Source: an uncultured Bacteroidales bacterium (GTDB taxonomy: Bacteria > Bacteroidota > Bacteroidia > Bacteroidales > JAAYJT01). From it: DNA of 64,000 nt. The notes under the pieces were generated by a model. The model was not told the origin of the DNA. It searched no databases and saw nothing but the letters and a program-made list of their open reading frames with translations. A program made the position numbers and the translations under genes. The stretch spans positions 5,508 to 69,507 of the forward strand of contig CAZJZG010000013.1 in the NCBI GenBank assembly GCA_964550455.1, given 5' to 3'. This document shows positions 31,882 to 41,993 of this stretch, in pieces (position 1 is the stretch's first letter; each line of letters begins with the position of its first letter).

Positions 31882-33261
31882 ATGAACTCAAAGTCAGATG
31901 CCAAAATCTTAATCATTGACAACGAAGCCGATATTCTTCGTAACGCAAAGCTTGTTCTAGACGAGCATTTCAATATGGTTCATATAGAAAATGATCCCAA
32001 AAACGTGATAAACCTGCTGCACATTGAGAAATATGACATTATACTGCTAAACGAAGATTTCTCGCAAAAAGATAAAAATGATACGGAAGGAGTTCTATGG
32101 CTAAAAAAAATTCTTGAAACCAACCCTTTTGCCATAGTAATACTGATAGAAGAATATGTTAGCATTGATAAGGCTTTGCAGGGAATTAAAGAAGGTGCAT
32201 CAAAATTTATTTTAAAACCCTGGAATGACAAAAAATTGCTTGCAACCATTAATGCCAGCCTTAAAGCCGGGTTTACAAAAGCAGAGACAGAAAGTACGCA
32301 ATCAAAAGAGCAATCTGATGATCAAACAATTGACGATCATTGTCTTATCAGCGAATCACTTTCAATGCAAAAGGTTTTAACCTTAATCAAAAATGCTGCT
32401 AAAAGTGACGAAAATATTTTTATAAACGGTGAAAATGGAACAGGGAAAAAGTTTATAGCTCAGTTAATTCATAATATTTCGAACCGAAAAGACAAAGCTT
32501 TTGTCAATGTTGATTTCAATTTCATTGATAAAACTTTGTTTGAAAGTGAACTTTATGGATTTGTAAAAGGCGCTTTTGGCGATGCCACAGAAGACCATGC
32601 CGGAATGATTGAAACAGCAAATAATGGGACTCTTTTTTTAAATGAAATTAACAAACTGCCACTTCAGCTTCAGACTAAACTTCTAAACACATTTCAAAAC
32701 CAAAAAGTGGCAAGATTAGGTTCAGAACTTGAAATTCCAATAAAAATCCGCATAATTTCAGCCTCAAACATACCAATACATCATATGGCTGCCAAAGACA
32801 AATATAATAAGAATTTCATTAACTATCTGAAAACCACTGGAATACCATTGCCTCCGTTAAGAGACAGGGTTGAAGATATTCCTCGCTTATCAGAATATTT
32901 CCTTAAATATTATTGCAAAAAATACAAAACAGGATTCAAAAAAACAAGCACCTTAACCCTTGATGTGCTTAAAAAACACAACTGGCCTGGAAATATTACT
33001 GAATTGCAACATGCTGTTGAAAGAGCTGTAATAATGAGTGAATCAAATATTCTGGAGCCTCATGATTTTTTTCTTCCTCAAACTGATAATAAACACATTG
33101 AATCAACACCTCCAACAAGTCTGAATACAGAAACAACCGAGAAAGCATTGATTGTCAAAACACTTGAAAAGTATAGTAACAATATTCGCAAATCAGCTAA
33201 AAAGCTTGGAATTACACCAGCAACATTATTGCGAAAAATTGAAAAATATGGTTTGGAGTAA
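31882..33261 (+). CDS. NtrC-family (receiver-AAA+-Fis HTH) regulator with degenerate catalytic and sigma-54-contact motifs
   Basis: Receiver-like N-terminus, GENGTGKK Walker A, C-terminal SAKKLGITPATLLRKIEKYG. However LLNEDF replaces LLD.., GAFGDA replaces GAFTGA, FLNEI replaces FLDEI, and YNKNFINYL replaces FREDLYYRL. Confidence 0.8.
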   Translation: MNSKSDAKILIIDNEADILRNAKLVLDEHFNMVHIENDPKNVINLLHIEKYDIILLNEDFSQKDKNDTEGVLWLKKILETNPFAIVILIEEYVSIDKALQGIKEGASKFILKPWNDKKLLATINASLKAGFTKAETESTQSKEQSDDQTIDDHCLISESLSMQKVLTLIKNAAKSDENIFINGENGTGKKFIAQLIHNISNRKDKAFVNVDFNFIDKTLFESELYGFVKGAFGDATEDHAGMIETANNGTLFLNEINKLPLQLQTKLLNTFQNQKVARLGSELEIPIKIRIISASNIPIHHMAAKDKYNKNFINYLKTTGIPLPPLRDRVEDIPRLSEYFLKYYCKKYKTGFKKTSTLTLDVLKKHNWPGNITELQHAVERAVIMSESNILEPHDFFLPQTDNKHIESTPPTSLNTETTEKALIVKTLEKYSNNIRKSAKKLGITPATLLRKIEKYGLE

Positions 33262-33355
33262 AATACAAAACAGGCTTAAAATCACAATGGCATCAATTCG
33301 TGAAATTTCCTGATAAAATGGAAACTAACACGAACTGTTCCTGATAGTCTCTAAT

Positions 33356-33832
33356 TTATTTCCTGATCTCTTTTTCTTTTACCCAATAAACAGTCTTACC
33401 CAATCCCATCCATGAACTGCCAATATAACCACGAATTTTAAGTTTACCATCATTTTCAAATTTCAGGTAAGCTTTATAAGTTTTACCGGATTTAGGACTA
33501 TAAATAGTACCTCCGCTCCATTCATCTGATCCCTTATCATAGGTAAAATCGTTTAATATCTTCATCCCCATTATTTTACGATTTTGTAGTTTGGGATCCG
33601 GATTTTTATCGTCAATCTTAGCAGTGCCATCTTCATTAGTAGGTTCATCTAACCAGACAATTTCCCCGTAATATTTTCCATTGGCAGATTTAAATATTTT
33701 AACCTGTGAATTTGCATTGCCCTCATCATCATTAGCAAGATATATACCTGCTACTTTATCTGCCTGAGCTTTGACTTCAGCAGCCATGGTTAACATCATG
33801 GCCAATGCAGCAAAAATGATTACTTTTTTCAT
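33356..33832 (-). CDS. DUF2147-family secreted protein
   Basis: Signal peptide, then GIY..., GKYYGEIVWL, NPDPKLQNRKIMGMKIL, GGTIYSPKSGKTYKAYL and LKIRGYIG. Confidence 0.75.
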   Translation of the reverse strand: MKKVIIFAALAMMLTMAAEVKAQADKVAGIYLANDDEGNANSQVKIFKSANGKYYGEIVWLDEPTNEDGTAKIDDKNPDPKLQNRKIMGMKILNDFTYDKGSDEWSGGTIYSPKSGKTYKAYLKFENDGKLKIRGYIGSSWMGLGKTVYWVKEKEIRK

Positions 33833-33905
33833 AAAAATTTGTTTTTTTTAAATTTAATATTCAGATAGTTGATTTTTTCAAACACAAAAACATTGCCAAA
33901 TAAGA

Positions 33906-34919
33906 TTATTTCAACTCGGGTTCATAACTGTATAAAATTGCCTCCAATTGTCTTATCAGATCCCGCTTATTTTCGTTTGGCGCATATACGTATGCATCCA
34001 GAGATAATATTTTGGTACCTGTTTCATCCACAATTGAGTAATTAACAAATGGTCCTCCCATGTAATCTCCTTTTACTTTCCACAGTCCCCGTGTTTCAAC
34101 ACCAAACCTGCCATTAAAATCAATACGTTCAGAAACAGGAGGCATAAATTCATTTTCAACCTTCATATAAGTACCATCAAAAGTACCCGGTACATGCTGT
34201 TTGGTAATAATATCACGCATAGCAAGTATATGTCCGGGATTAAAATCAACAGTATCTTTATAATCGTATGAATAAATGAGGATTGCCTGGCTTATCTCGG
34301 CAGTTTCGCGTCTTATCCACATAAAACCCGACTGATTTTTAGCTGTATAATAACCTGATGGAATTATTAGGGTGAAACCAAAGTTATCAGAAATCTCTTT
34401 TACAACAGATTGATTAAGAACTGATTTATATGCTTTCTGAATTCTTTCTCTTTCAGCCTGTTCAAATAACTTCAACACAGCATTCTGATTTTCTTTAAAA
34501 ATCCTGATAAATGCAGTATCAGAGCTTGCATTGATTTTAATAACGCGTTGTGGTTTAGCCCATAGATCGCGCTTTGTTTCAATAAATGGCTTAATAATGT
34601 CTGGTTTTATGCTTGCTATGAATATATTTCTATGTGACTGCATAATGGTTGCGAATTCCGATTCAGGGATCCAGGTAAGCTTAAACGAAGGTTCAACCTG
34701 TGGTAAACCTTCCATTTCCTGACCAAAAAAACTCCTGATTTCTTCGCCTGCTGAACCATTCCAGTTATGTTTTTCAATCACTATCAGCATCTCGGATGAT
34801 TTTCCTACGGAATTAGGTATTGCACGCTCATCAGAGCTGCATGAGACCATAGTGATAGCAGTCAGGCACAGATAAAAAAAGAGATTCACTTGTTTCATGG
34901 CTTTTTTATTAGGAACCAT
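33906..34919 (-). CDS. DUF4837-like lipoprotein
   Basis: Lipobox ..LCLTAITMVSCSS; size and overall pattern fit DUF4837 from memory only. The start could be M8 (34898). Confidence 0.55.
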   Translation of the reverse strand: MVPNKKAMKQVNLFFYLCLTAITMVSCSSDERAIPNSVGKSSEMLIVIEKHNWNGSAGEEIRSFFGQEMEGLPQVEPSFKLTWIPESEFATIMQSHRNIFIASIKPDIIKPFIETKRDLWAKPQRVIKINASSDTAFIRIFKENQNAVLKLFEQAERERIQKAYKSVLNQSVVKEISDNFGFTLIIPSGYYTAKNQSGFMWIRRETAEISQAILIYSYDYKDTVDFNPGHILAMRDIITKQHVPGTFDGTYMKVENEFMPPVSERIDFNGRFGVETRGLWKVKGDYMGGPFVNYSIVDETGTKILSLDAYVYAPNENKRDLIRQLEAILYSYEPELK

Positions 34920-35009
34920 TTATAATGGTTGTTATTATTAGTTTTAAGAACTAAAACAAGTATCAGAATATAAAAAAACACTGATTAATTACCAGTATTC
35001 CGGACATAA

Positions 35010-36767
35010 TCAACCAGCCACGCCTACCTTAAGTTTTTGCCCGGGCTTTATTTGATCCGAACTTTTCAGATCATTCCATTCTTTTATCTGATCAACTGTA
35101 ACACCTTTATACTTATTCGCAATATCCCATAAAGTATCGCCCGGCTGAACAGTATAATAAATGAATTTCCCGGCCTGATTTGTGTCCTGCATTACAGCTT
35201 TTTTATTCGGATCGGAAACTATAAGCTTTTGGTTCGGATGTATAATTGATTTACTTGTAAGATTATTCCACTTATTAAGGTCGTTTACTGAAATTTTATA
35301 ACGAGCGGCTATAATAGCAGGGTTTTCACCTTTTTTAACTGTATGATGCGTAATTCCCTGGGAAGTAGTACTTGTTTGTTTTTCCGAACTTGCTGAAGCC
35401 TGATAATTACCACCCGGATACACAATTAATCTTTGTCCTATACGAATGGTATTACTTCTTAGATTATTCCAGCGTTTTAGTTCATTTACCGAACAATGAT
35501 ATTTTTTTGCAATCCCTCCAAGAGTTTCACCACTTCTCACTCTATGATACTGCTGCTCCCTAATATTATCCATTTTTGCAAGCAGAGTTGAGCGCTCAAC
35601 TCCCTTTTGGGTTTTATAAGCATATAATTCCTGCTCAATTGATAAAAATTCAGTGACATACTGCTTAGGCAATCTCAGCACATATTGTTTTTCGCTGGTT
35701 GACGGAATAATTCCATGGCGATACGAAGGATTTAAAAAAGAAAGCTGTTCGTTGGGGATCCTTAACTTTTCAGAGATCTGATCAAACGATAAAACATCTC
35801 TCACCATAACCGTGTCAATATCGTAATGCATAAATGCAGGGGTTATGGGATAAAGATTATGCTCGGCTGCATGGTTCATAACATAAACAACTGCAATAAA
35901 TGCAGGAACATAACCTCTGGTTTCTCTTGGCAGGTAAGGACTGATTTCCCAGAAATTCATTTTTCCACCCGAACGACGAATTGCCCTGTTAACATTTCCT
36001 GCTCCACTGTTATATGCAGCTAAGGCAAGCAACCAGTCGTTATATAGTTTGTACAGATCACGCAAATGCTCGGCAGCAGCTATTGTTGATTTATAAGGGT
36101 CGCTGCGGTCATCAACAAAAGAAGTAACATTTAGCTGATATAATTTTCCAGTGCCATACATAAATTGCCAAAGCCCTGTTGCACCGGCTCTTGAACGCGC
36201 ATTGGGAATAAGAGCAGATTCAACTACAGCAAGATATTTTAATTCCAGAGGTAAACTTAAACGGTCAAGATGTTCTTCAAATAAAGGGAAATATAGCTCG
36301 GCAAGTCCTAAAATGCGTGAAGTAAGCGCTCTTCTCTTGTTTGCGTATAAACCTATAAAATCCTTGACTTGTGCATTATATGTCAATTCAATGGGAGTGG
36401 CAGCATTAAGCTTGCTTATACGTTCAAAATACAGTGAATCAGAATAAGTTGGGATCTCATTGGGTTGAAAACCATATTTGTTAAGCAATGCTGTATCAGC
36501 TACAAAACCATTACCGGAAAAAAAAGATGAAAACAACAGACTATCAAGCATATCAAGAATTGGACCACGGTTAAGCATGTCGAAAACAGCAAGAGAATCA
36601 ATCAAAGGAATACTATCGTTACTGAAAGCCTCATCAGCATTAGGAAATTCTGCTTCAAATTCAGATACGCCTTTAATAGTATCATTTTGAGGGGTAATAT
36701 GCTGAGAAAATAAATTTATATGAATGAATAGAGAAAACACAAACAAAAGAGAATATTGCTTCATCAT
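35010..36767 (-). CDS. Lytic murein transglycosylase (MltD-like) with three C-terminal LysM domains
   Basis: SLT core VVESALIPNARSRAGATGLWQFM. Three LysM units (YHRVRSGETLGGIAKKY.., HHTVKKGENPAIIAARY.., YYTVQPGDTLWDIANKY..). ATG at 36767; the track start at 36794 is TTG. Confidence 0.85.
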   Translation of the reverse strand: MMKQYSLLFVFSLFIHINLFSQHITPQNDTIKGVSEFEAEFPNADEAFSNDSIPLIDSLAVFDMLNRGPILDMLDSLLFSSFFSGNGFVADTALLNKYGFQPNEIPTYSDSLYFERISKLNAATPIELTYNAQVKDFIGLYANKRRALTSRILGLAELYFPLFEEHLDRLSLPLELKYLAVVESALIPNARSRAGATGLWQFMYGTGKLYQLNVTSFVDDRSDPYKSTIAAAEHLRDLYKLYNDWLLALAAYNSGAGNVNRAIRRSGGKMNFWEISPYLPRETRGYVPAFIAVVYVMNHAAEHNLYPITPAFMHYDIDTVMVRDVLSFDQISEKLRIPNEQLSFLNPSYRHGIIPSTSEKQYVLRLPKQYVTEFLSIEQELYAYKTQKGVERSTLLAKMDNIREQQYHRVRSGETLGGIAKKYHCSVNELKRWNNLRSNTIRIGQRLIVYPGGNYQASASSEKQTSTTSQGITHHTVKKGENPAIIAARYKISVNDLNKWNNLTSKSIIHPNQKLIVSDPNKKAVMQDTNQAGKFIYYTVQPGDTLWDIANKYKGVTVDQIKEWNDLKSSDQIKPGQKLKVGVAG

Positions 36768-37513
36768 TGTCGGATTTAAAATTTCAGTTTTCAAATTTTT
36801 GGCAAAAATAACTTAAATAACAGTCTCACCAGCTAACCACCAAGCTGTTAAAATAAAAAGGGCTAAGACAGTAAAACTACTGCCTGCTCAATTATCATCC
36901 TGCTTACAGTAAACGAAGGCAATAGATTCTTTCGTATCATTTTGTGATTTTTTTGCAATTTCTACATTTTCTATGTATTCAGATCATTTTTGATATGGAT
37001 AAACTTCCTGAATAGAACATAAAAAGCCAGTTAAGTTCGGTCATTTGTCTTAAAATAAAGAATTATGAAATTGCTTTAGCAGCTCCGGTCTATTTATCAG
37101 TGGGTTACAGAGGCAATATTAAATTTTACGGAGATCAATATGAGCAGCAAAACACCACAGACATTATCTTAGGAATATGTGCTTAAACATTGAAGACGGA
37201 GATATAAACATAAGTTAAACTTCCAGATTCGTGTTGTTCTGCTACAACCAAAAGAAAGTTAATTTGAAAATAGAGTAAGGAATGCTGAAAACAATGGAAA
37301 CCATTATCAAAACAAAGAATGATCTTGTTAAGCTGATCAATATTTAGCCAACGGAGTAATAGTATTTGAATTCTATGAGCCAGTGGCTTGGGGAACTTCT
37401 ATTTGTTAACGGGCTTAAGCCCGTTAACATTTATAATAATTTCTTCCAAATTTAACACACTTCACTTTTTCGGTAAAAGAATTAATTTTACCGCGATTTT
37501 TCAATACTACTAC

Positions 37514-38695
37514 ATGAAACTATCCAAATTACCATTGTTGGCGAAAGTTGCAATTGCAATTGTTTTGGGCATTATTTTCGGACAATTTGTTCCTTTCTGG
37601 TTTGCAAGAATATTTACTACCTTTAACAGCCTGTTCAGCAATTTCTTATCGTTTATAATCCCGCTTATTATTATAGGACTGATAACTCCGGCAATAGGCG
37701 AGCTTGGCAAAGGCGCCGGGAGGCTCCTGCTTTATACCGCCCTGATAGCTTATGCTTCTACTTTGTTTTCAGGTTTCTTCACATTTGCTTCCTGTCAGTT
37801 CGTTTTTCCTCATATACTTGCTGAAGGTATTGAACCGCTGGATGTTGAAACTATAAATGAAGATCTGGTGAAGCCGTTTTTCAGTATTTCAATGCCTCCG
37901 GTCATGGATGTCATGTCAGCCCTCGTTTTATCCTTTACCATCGGATTGGGCATAACACTTTTAAAAGGTGACACATTGCAAAAAGTATTTATTGATTTCA
38001 GGGAGATAATAACACTCGTAATAGCTTCAGTAATTATTCCTCTGCTGCCTTTATACATTTTCGGGATGTTTCTTTCAATGTCAGTGTCAGGACAGGTCTT
38101 TTCCGTTATTCTCCTGTTTTTAAAGGTCATACTTGTTATTTTCATTCTTCATATACTGTTGCTTATCATTCAATTCATTGTAGCCGGAGCCATATCGGGG
38201 CGCAATCCTTTCAAAGCATTGAAGAATATGCTGCCGGCTTATGCCACCGCTTTGGGTACGGCTTCATCGGCAGCAACAATACCGGTTACTTTACAATGTA
38301 CCATCAATAACAGGATCAACCCTAATATTGCTTCTTTTACCGTACCACTCTGTGCAACAATACATCTGGCAGGAAGCACCATGAAAATAGTAGGCTTTGC
38401 CCTGGCTACACTTTATTTTTACAATATCCCGATTGATTTATTTAACTTCTTTGGGTTTATTTTCATGTTGGGAATTGTAATGATTGCAGCCCCCGGCGTT
38501 CCGGGAGGGGCAATTATGGCTGCCATAGGAATAATTCAAAGTTCGCTGGGTTTTAACGAACAAATGACTGGATTGATAATCACTCTTTATATTGCTGTTG
38601 ACAGTTTTGGCACTGCATGTAATGTTACCGGCGATGGTGCCATAGCAATGATAATGGATAAAATAGCTTCAAAACAAAAGACAGGGCTGATATAA
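37514..38695 (+). CDS. Dicarboxylate/amino acid:cation symporter (DAACS family)
   Basis: ATG at 37514 (MKLSKLPLLAKVAIAIVLG..). Multi-TM protein with the SSAATIPVT motif and AAPGVPGGA. The upstream 42 codons in the track begin at a non-ATG codon. Confidence 0.85.
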   Translation: MKLSKLPLLAKVAIAIVLGIIFGQFVPFWFARIFTTFNSLFSNFLSFIIPLIIIGLITPAIGELGKGAGRLLLYTALIAYASTLFSGFFTFASCQFVFPHILAEGIEPLDVETINEDLVKPFFSISMPPVMDVMSALVLSFTIGLGITLLKGDTLQKVFIDFREIITLVIASVIIPLLPLYIFGMFLSMSVSGQVFSVILLFLKVILVIFILHILLLIIQFIVAGAISGRNPFKALKNMLPAYATALGTASSAATIPVTLQCTINNRINPNIASFTVPLCATIHLAGSTMKIVGFALATLYFYNIPIDLFNFFGFIFMLGIVMIAAPGVPGGAIMAAIGIIQSSLGFNEQMTGLIITLYIAVDSFGTACNVTGDGAIAMIMDKIASKQKTGLI

Positions 38696-38979
38696 AGCCA
38701 GGAAATGGCAGTTTTTATGATACTCCTTTTTTTTCCCCATGCCCGGAGTTCATAAAACAGTAAGCTGCCAGAAGTCATGAAAAGCTTAATGAAATCAGGG
38801 AGGTGGGCATAAAGACTACTTTATTACGTTCAAAAAACGTTTATTGCAGCTCATACATATCTATCTGATGTTCAGATATGTAAGCAGGGAATGGTGAGTG
38901 AGGAATAGGCAAAATACATCTGAAATGAATTTGTAGGTTTCAAACAAAAAAGGCTGAACCATTGATTCAACCTTTTCTG

Positions 38980-39065
38980 TACCCGGGGCGGGACTTGAAC
39001 CCGCACAGCCATATACGGCCAAAGGATTTTAAGTCCTTCGTGTCTACCACTTCCACCACCCGGGC
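38980..39065 (-). tRNA. tRNA-Leu (anticodon UAA), long variable arm
   Basis: Reverse complement GCCCGGGTGGTGGAA...GGACTTAAAATCC...GGTTCAAGTCCCGCCCCGGGTA. Cloverleaf folded by hand; anticodon loop is CU-UAA-AA. Confidence 0.95.
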
Positions 39066-39163
39066 TTAATTAATTATTTTGTGGTGCAAAATTACAACGC
39101 TTTCAACAAATATTCAAATTTATTTTATCTCTGAACAAAAAATCCCGGCACTACCGGGACGTG

Positions 39164-39236
<73 letters not shown>

Positions 39237-39418
39237 ATTGGGGGTGCAAATATACAATGTTTTTCATTATCACAAAAAAATGGAAAATATTTTTCAAAAA
39301 AAATTATTTTTCCCGGTAGCTATAATACAAACACCCGTCAGTTTTTAAATACATATCTGTGAAATCCTTTGCTAACCACGAAATTTGTAATTTTGTCATC
39401 CTAATTTCATTTTAGTTT

Positions 39419-40045
39419 ATGAACAATAGATCAGAAAATACTATAAAATCGGTTTGTGTTTTTTGTGGTTCCAGCACCGGAAAAGGCGAAACCTACGCCA
39501 CTCATGCCCGCTTACTCGGAGAGGCAATAATTGATCACGAACTCGATCTGGTGTACGGTGGCAGTAATATCGGGCTGATGCGCATTCTGGCTGATACCGT
39601 TATAAACGGAGGCAGAAAAGTTACCGGTATCATGCCAAATAATCTTGCTGCAAAAGATATTGCTCATAAAAGTGTTCATGATCTGCATCTGGTTGATACT
39701 ATGCACGAACGCAAAGCTATGATGGCTGCTTTATCGGATGCTTTTATTGCTATGCCGGGTGGTTTGGGAACCCTGGATGAAATATTTGAGATACTTTCAT
39801 TGAATCAGCTCGATATTATTTCAAAGCCAGCAGCACTTTATAATGTGAATGGCTATTACAACGATTTATTAAAGTTTCTGGATCACACTGTAAACGAACA
39901 TTTTGTACGAACCGAGCATCGCTCAAACCTGCTGGTTGATGATAATGCCGAACAACTTATTCAGCGAATAAAAAGTTTTACGCCTGAAAAACCACCTAAT
40001 AAATGGGTTGATGAATTAAAAACAGCCACAGTTAAACATCTGTAA
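39419..40045 (+). CDS. LOG-family nucleotide 5'-monophosphate nucleosidase (TIGR00730 type)
   Basis: VCVFCGSS, GGSNIGLMR and PGGLGTLDE motifs. Confidence 0.85.
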   Translation: MNNRSENTIKSVCVFCGSSTGKGETYATHARLLGEAIIDHELDLVYGGSNIGLMRILADTVINGGRKVTGIMPNNLAAKDIAHKSVHDLHLVDTMHERKAMMAALSDAFIAMPGGLGTLDEIFEILSLNQLDIISKPAALYNVNGYYNDLLKFLDHTVNEHFVRTEHRSNLLVDDNAEQLIQRIKSFTPEKPPNKWVDELKTATVKHL

Positions 40046-40046
40046 T

Positions 40047-40604
40047 ATGATAGTAATTGGGATCACCGGCACACTTGGCTCCGGGAAAGGTACTATTGTT
40101 GATTATCTTGTGAGTAAGAAAGGGTTCGAACACTATTCGGTTCGGGCATATCTTATTGAAATAATCCGGAAAAAAGGACTTCCGGTAAACCGCGATAGTA
40201 TGGTAGTGGTTGCCAATGACCTGCGAAAACAGAATTCACCCTCATTTATTATTGATGAACTTTACAAGCAGGCGGTGGAGATTGGGAAAAACTGTATTAT
40301 TGAAAGTATAAGAACCGTTGGCGAAATTGAATCGCTGAGACAAAAAGGCAGTTTCTTTCTTTTTGCTGTTGATGCTGATCCCAGAATCCGTTATCAGCGG
40401 ATCTTTGAACGAAGATCAGAAACTGATATGATTGATTATGAAACATTCCTGGAAAATGAAAAACGCGAGATGCGAACCAGGGATCCCAATAAACAAAATC
40501 TTCAGAAATGTATTAAAAAAGCTGATTTTGTTCTCAACAATAATGGCAGTTTTGAAGACCTGCACCGGCAGATAGATGAAATACTCATTAAAATTGAGCT
40601 TTAA
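40047..40604 (+). CDS. P-loop nucleotide/nucleoside kinase-like protein (dephospho-CoA-kinase-like fold)
   Basis: IGITGTLGSGKGT Walker A at the N-terminus; 185 aa. Starts 1 nt after the LOG stop. Confidence 0.6.
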   Translation: MIVIGITGTLGSGKGTIVDYLVSKKGFEHYSVRAYLIEIIRKKGLPVNRDSMVVVANDLRKQNSPSFIIDELYKQAVEIGKNCIIESIRTVGEIESLRQKGSFFLFAVDADPRIRYQRIFERRSETDMIDYETFLENEKREMRTRDPNKQNLQKCIKKADFVLNNNGSFEDLHRQIDEILIKIEL

Positions 40605-40690
40605 ATATTGATCCTCTATGGTACTTAAAGACATATTCCACTATTTTCAAACCCAAAGACATTATTAATTAACATTAATCTTCATCAAAC

Positions 40691-41182
40691 ATGAGTTCAG
40701 AAAAATATATACGTCCTACCTGGGATGAATATTTTATGGAAGTTACCAACACCATTGCCAAGCGTGCCACGTGCGACCGCGGTCGCAGCGGCTGTGTGAT
40801 TGCCCGCAACCGCCAGATACTTGTAACAGGTTATGTAGGTTCGCCTATTGGTATGCCGCATTGCGATGATGTGGGACATCTTTTTAAAAGTATCACTCAT
40901 GAAAACGGAAAAGTAACCCAGCATTGTGTTCGCACAGTACATGCTGAACAAAATGCAATTTGCCAGGCTGCAAAACTTGGAATTGCTTTGGAAGGTTCCA
41001 CTCTGTACTGTCGCATGACCCCCTGCCGCACCTGTGCCATGCTTATCATCAATTGCGGCATCAAGCGGGTGGTTTGCGAATTCAGGTATCACGACTCTGC
41101 CGAATCGGAAGCTATGTTTGATTCAGCCGGAATAAAACTGGACTATGTCAACGATGAAATAATGAAATACGACAGACAATAA
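40691..41182 (+). CDS. Deoxycytidylate (dCMP) deaminase
   Basis: HAEQNAI and PCRTCAMLI zinc-binding motifs; 163 aa. Confidence 0.85.
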   Translation: MSSEKYIRPTWDEYFMEVTNTIAKRATCDRGRSGCVIARNRQILVTGYVGSPIGMPHCDDVGHLFKSITHENGKVTQHCVRTVHAEQNAICQAAKLGIALEGSTLYCRMTPCRTCAMLIINCGIKRVVCEFRYHDSAESEAMFDSAGIKLDYVNDEIMKYDRQ

Positions 41183-41186
41183 CAGC

Positions 41187-41954
41187 TTAAAAAAGTGAAG
41201 CTGTCAGCATAATAAAATCATCAACACTTAATTGTTCAGCTCTTTTATCGGCAAATGGGATCTCCTTGGATTTAGTATCTTTTGTCAATACTGACAAGGC
41301 ATTGCGCAATGTTTTACGGCGCTGGTTAAAGGCAGTTTTTACTACCAGCATAAAAAGTTTCTCATCACAATCCAGCTTATTTCTTTTATTCCGAACCATA
41401 CGCATTACCGCAGATTTTACTTTTGGCGGTGGATTAAAAACATTTTCATTAACAGTGAAAAGATATTCAATATCATACCATGCCTGCAGTAACACGCTCA
41501 GTATCCCATAGGTTTTTGAGCCGGCCATTGCCGTTATCCTCTGTGCGACCTCTTTCTGAACCATACAAACCACCTCGGGGATAAGATAACGATGGTCAAT
41601 TATTCTGAAAAAGATCTGGCTTGAAATATTGTAAGGAAAATTACCTATTACTGCATAAGGTTGCTCAGAAAAAAGACCTTGCAAATCGGTTTTTAAAAAA
41701 TCGTCTTCAATAAGGTTTTTTTGTAATCCGGGAAAGTTTTCGCCAAGATAGGCTACTGATTCACTGTCAATTTCAATGGCTTTAACATTAAGATCGTTAT
41801 TTTCAAGCAGAAACTGAGTAAGTATGCCGGTTCCAGGTCCTATTTCAAGAACATTTGATATCTGACCCGTTAAACCTGATGCAATTTTTCTTGCAATGTT
41901 CCGGTCGTGAAGAAAATGTTGACCTAAGTGTTTTTTGGGTCTTACTGGAAGCAA
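41187..41954 (-). CDS. rsmA: 16S rRNA (adenine1518/1519-N6)-dimethyltransferase
   Basis: KKHLGQHFL, VLEIGPGTGILT, NFPYNISS. The ORF start codon is TTG, so the exact start is uncertain. Confidence 0.85.
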   Translation of the reverse strand: MLPVRPKKHLGQHFLHDRNIARKIASGLTGQISNVLEIGPGTGILTQFLLENNDLNVKAIEIDSESVAYLGENFPGLQKNLIEDDFLKTDLQGLFSEQPYAVIGNFPYNISSQIFFRIIDHRYLIPEVVCMVQKEVAQRITAMAGSKTYGILSVLLQAWYDIEYLFTVNENVFNPPPKVKSAVMRMVRNKRNKLDCDEKLFMLVVKTAFNQRRKTLRNALSVLTKDTKSKEIPFADKRAEQLSVDDFIMLTASLF

Positions 41955-41993
41955 TTAGATAAAAATTAAAAACGGATAATTTTTTATAAAAGT

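Noticed and set aside
37282-37347. 21-codon ORF (MLKTMETIIKTKNDLVKLINI) in the long spacer, as a possible leader peptide or gene remnant
   Set aside because: It is too short, has no recognisable homology or regulatory codon bias, and I have no supporting evidence from sequence alone.
40697-41092. 131-aa minus-strand ORF
   Set aside because: It is entirely antisense to the dCMP deaminase gene, which has clear zinc-binding motifs.
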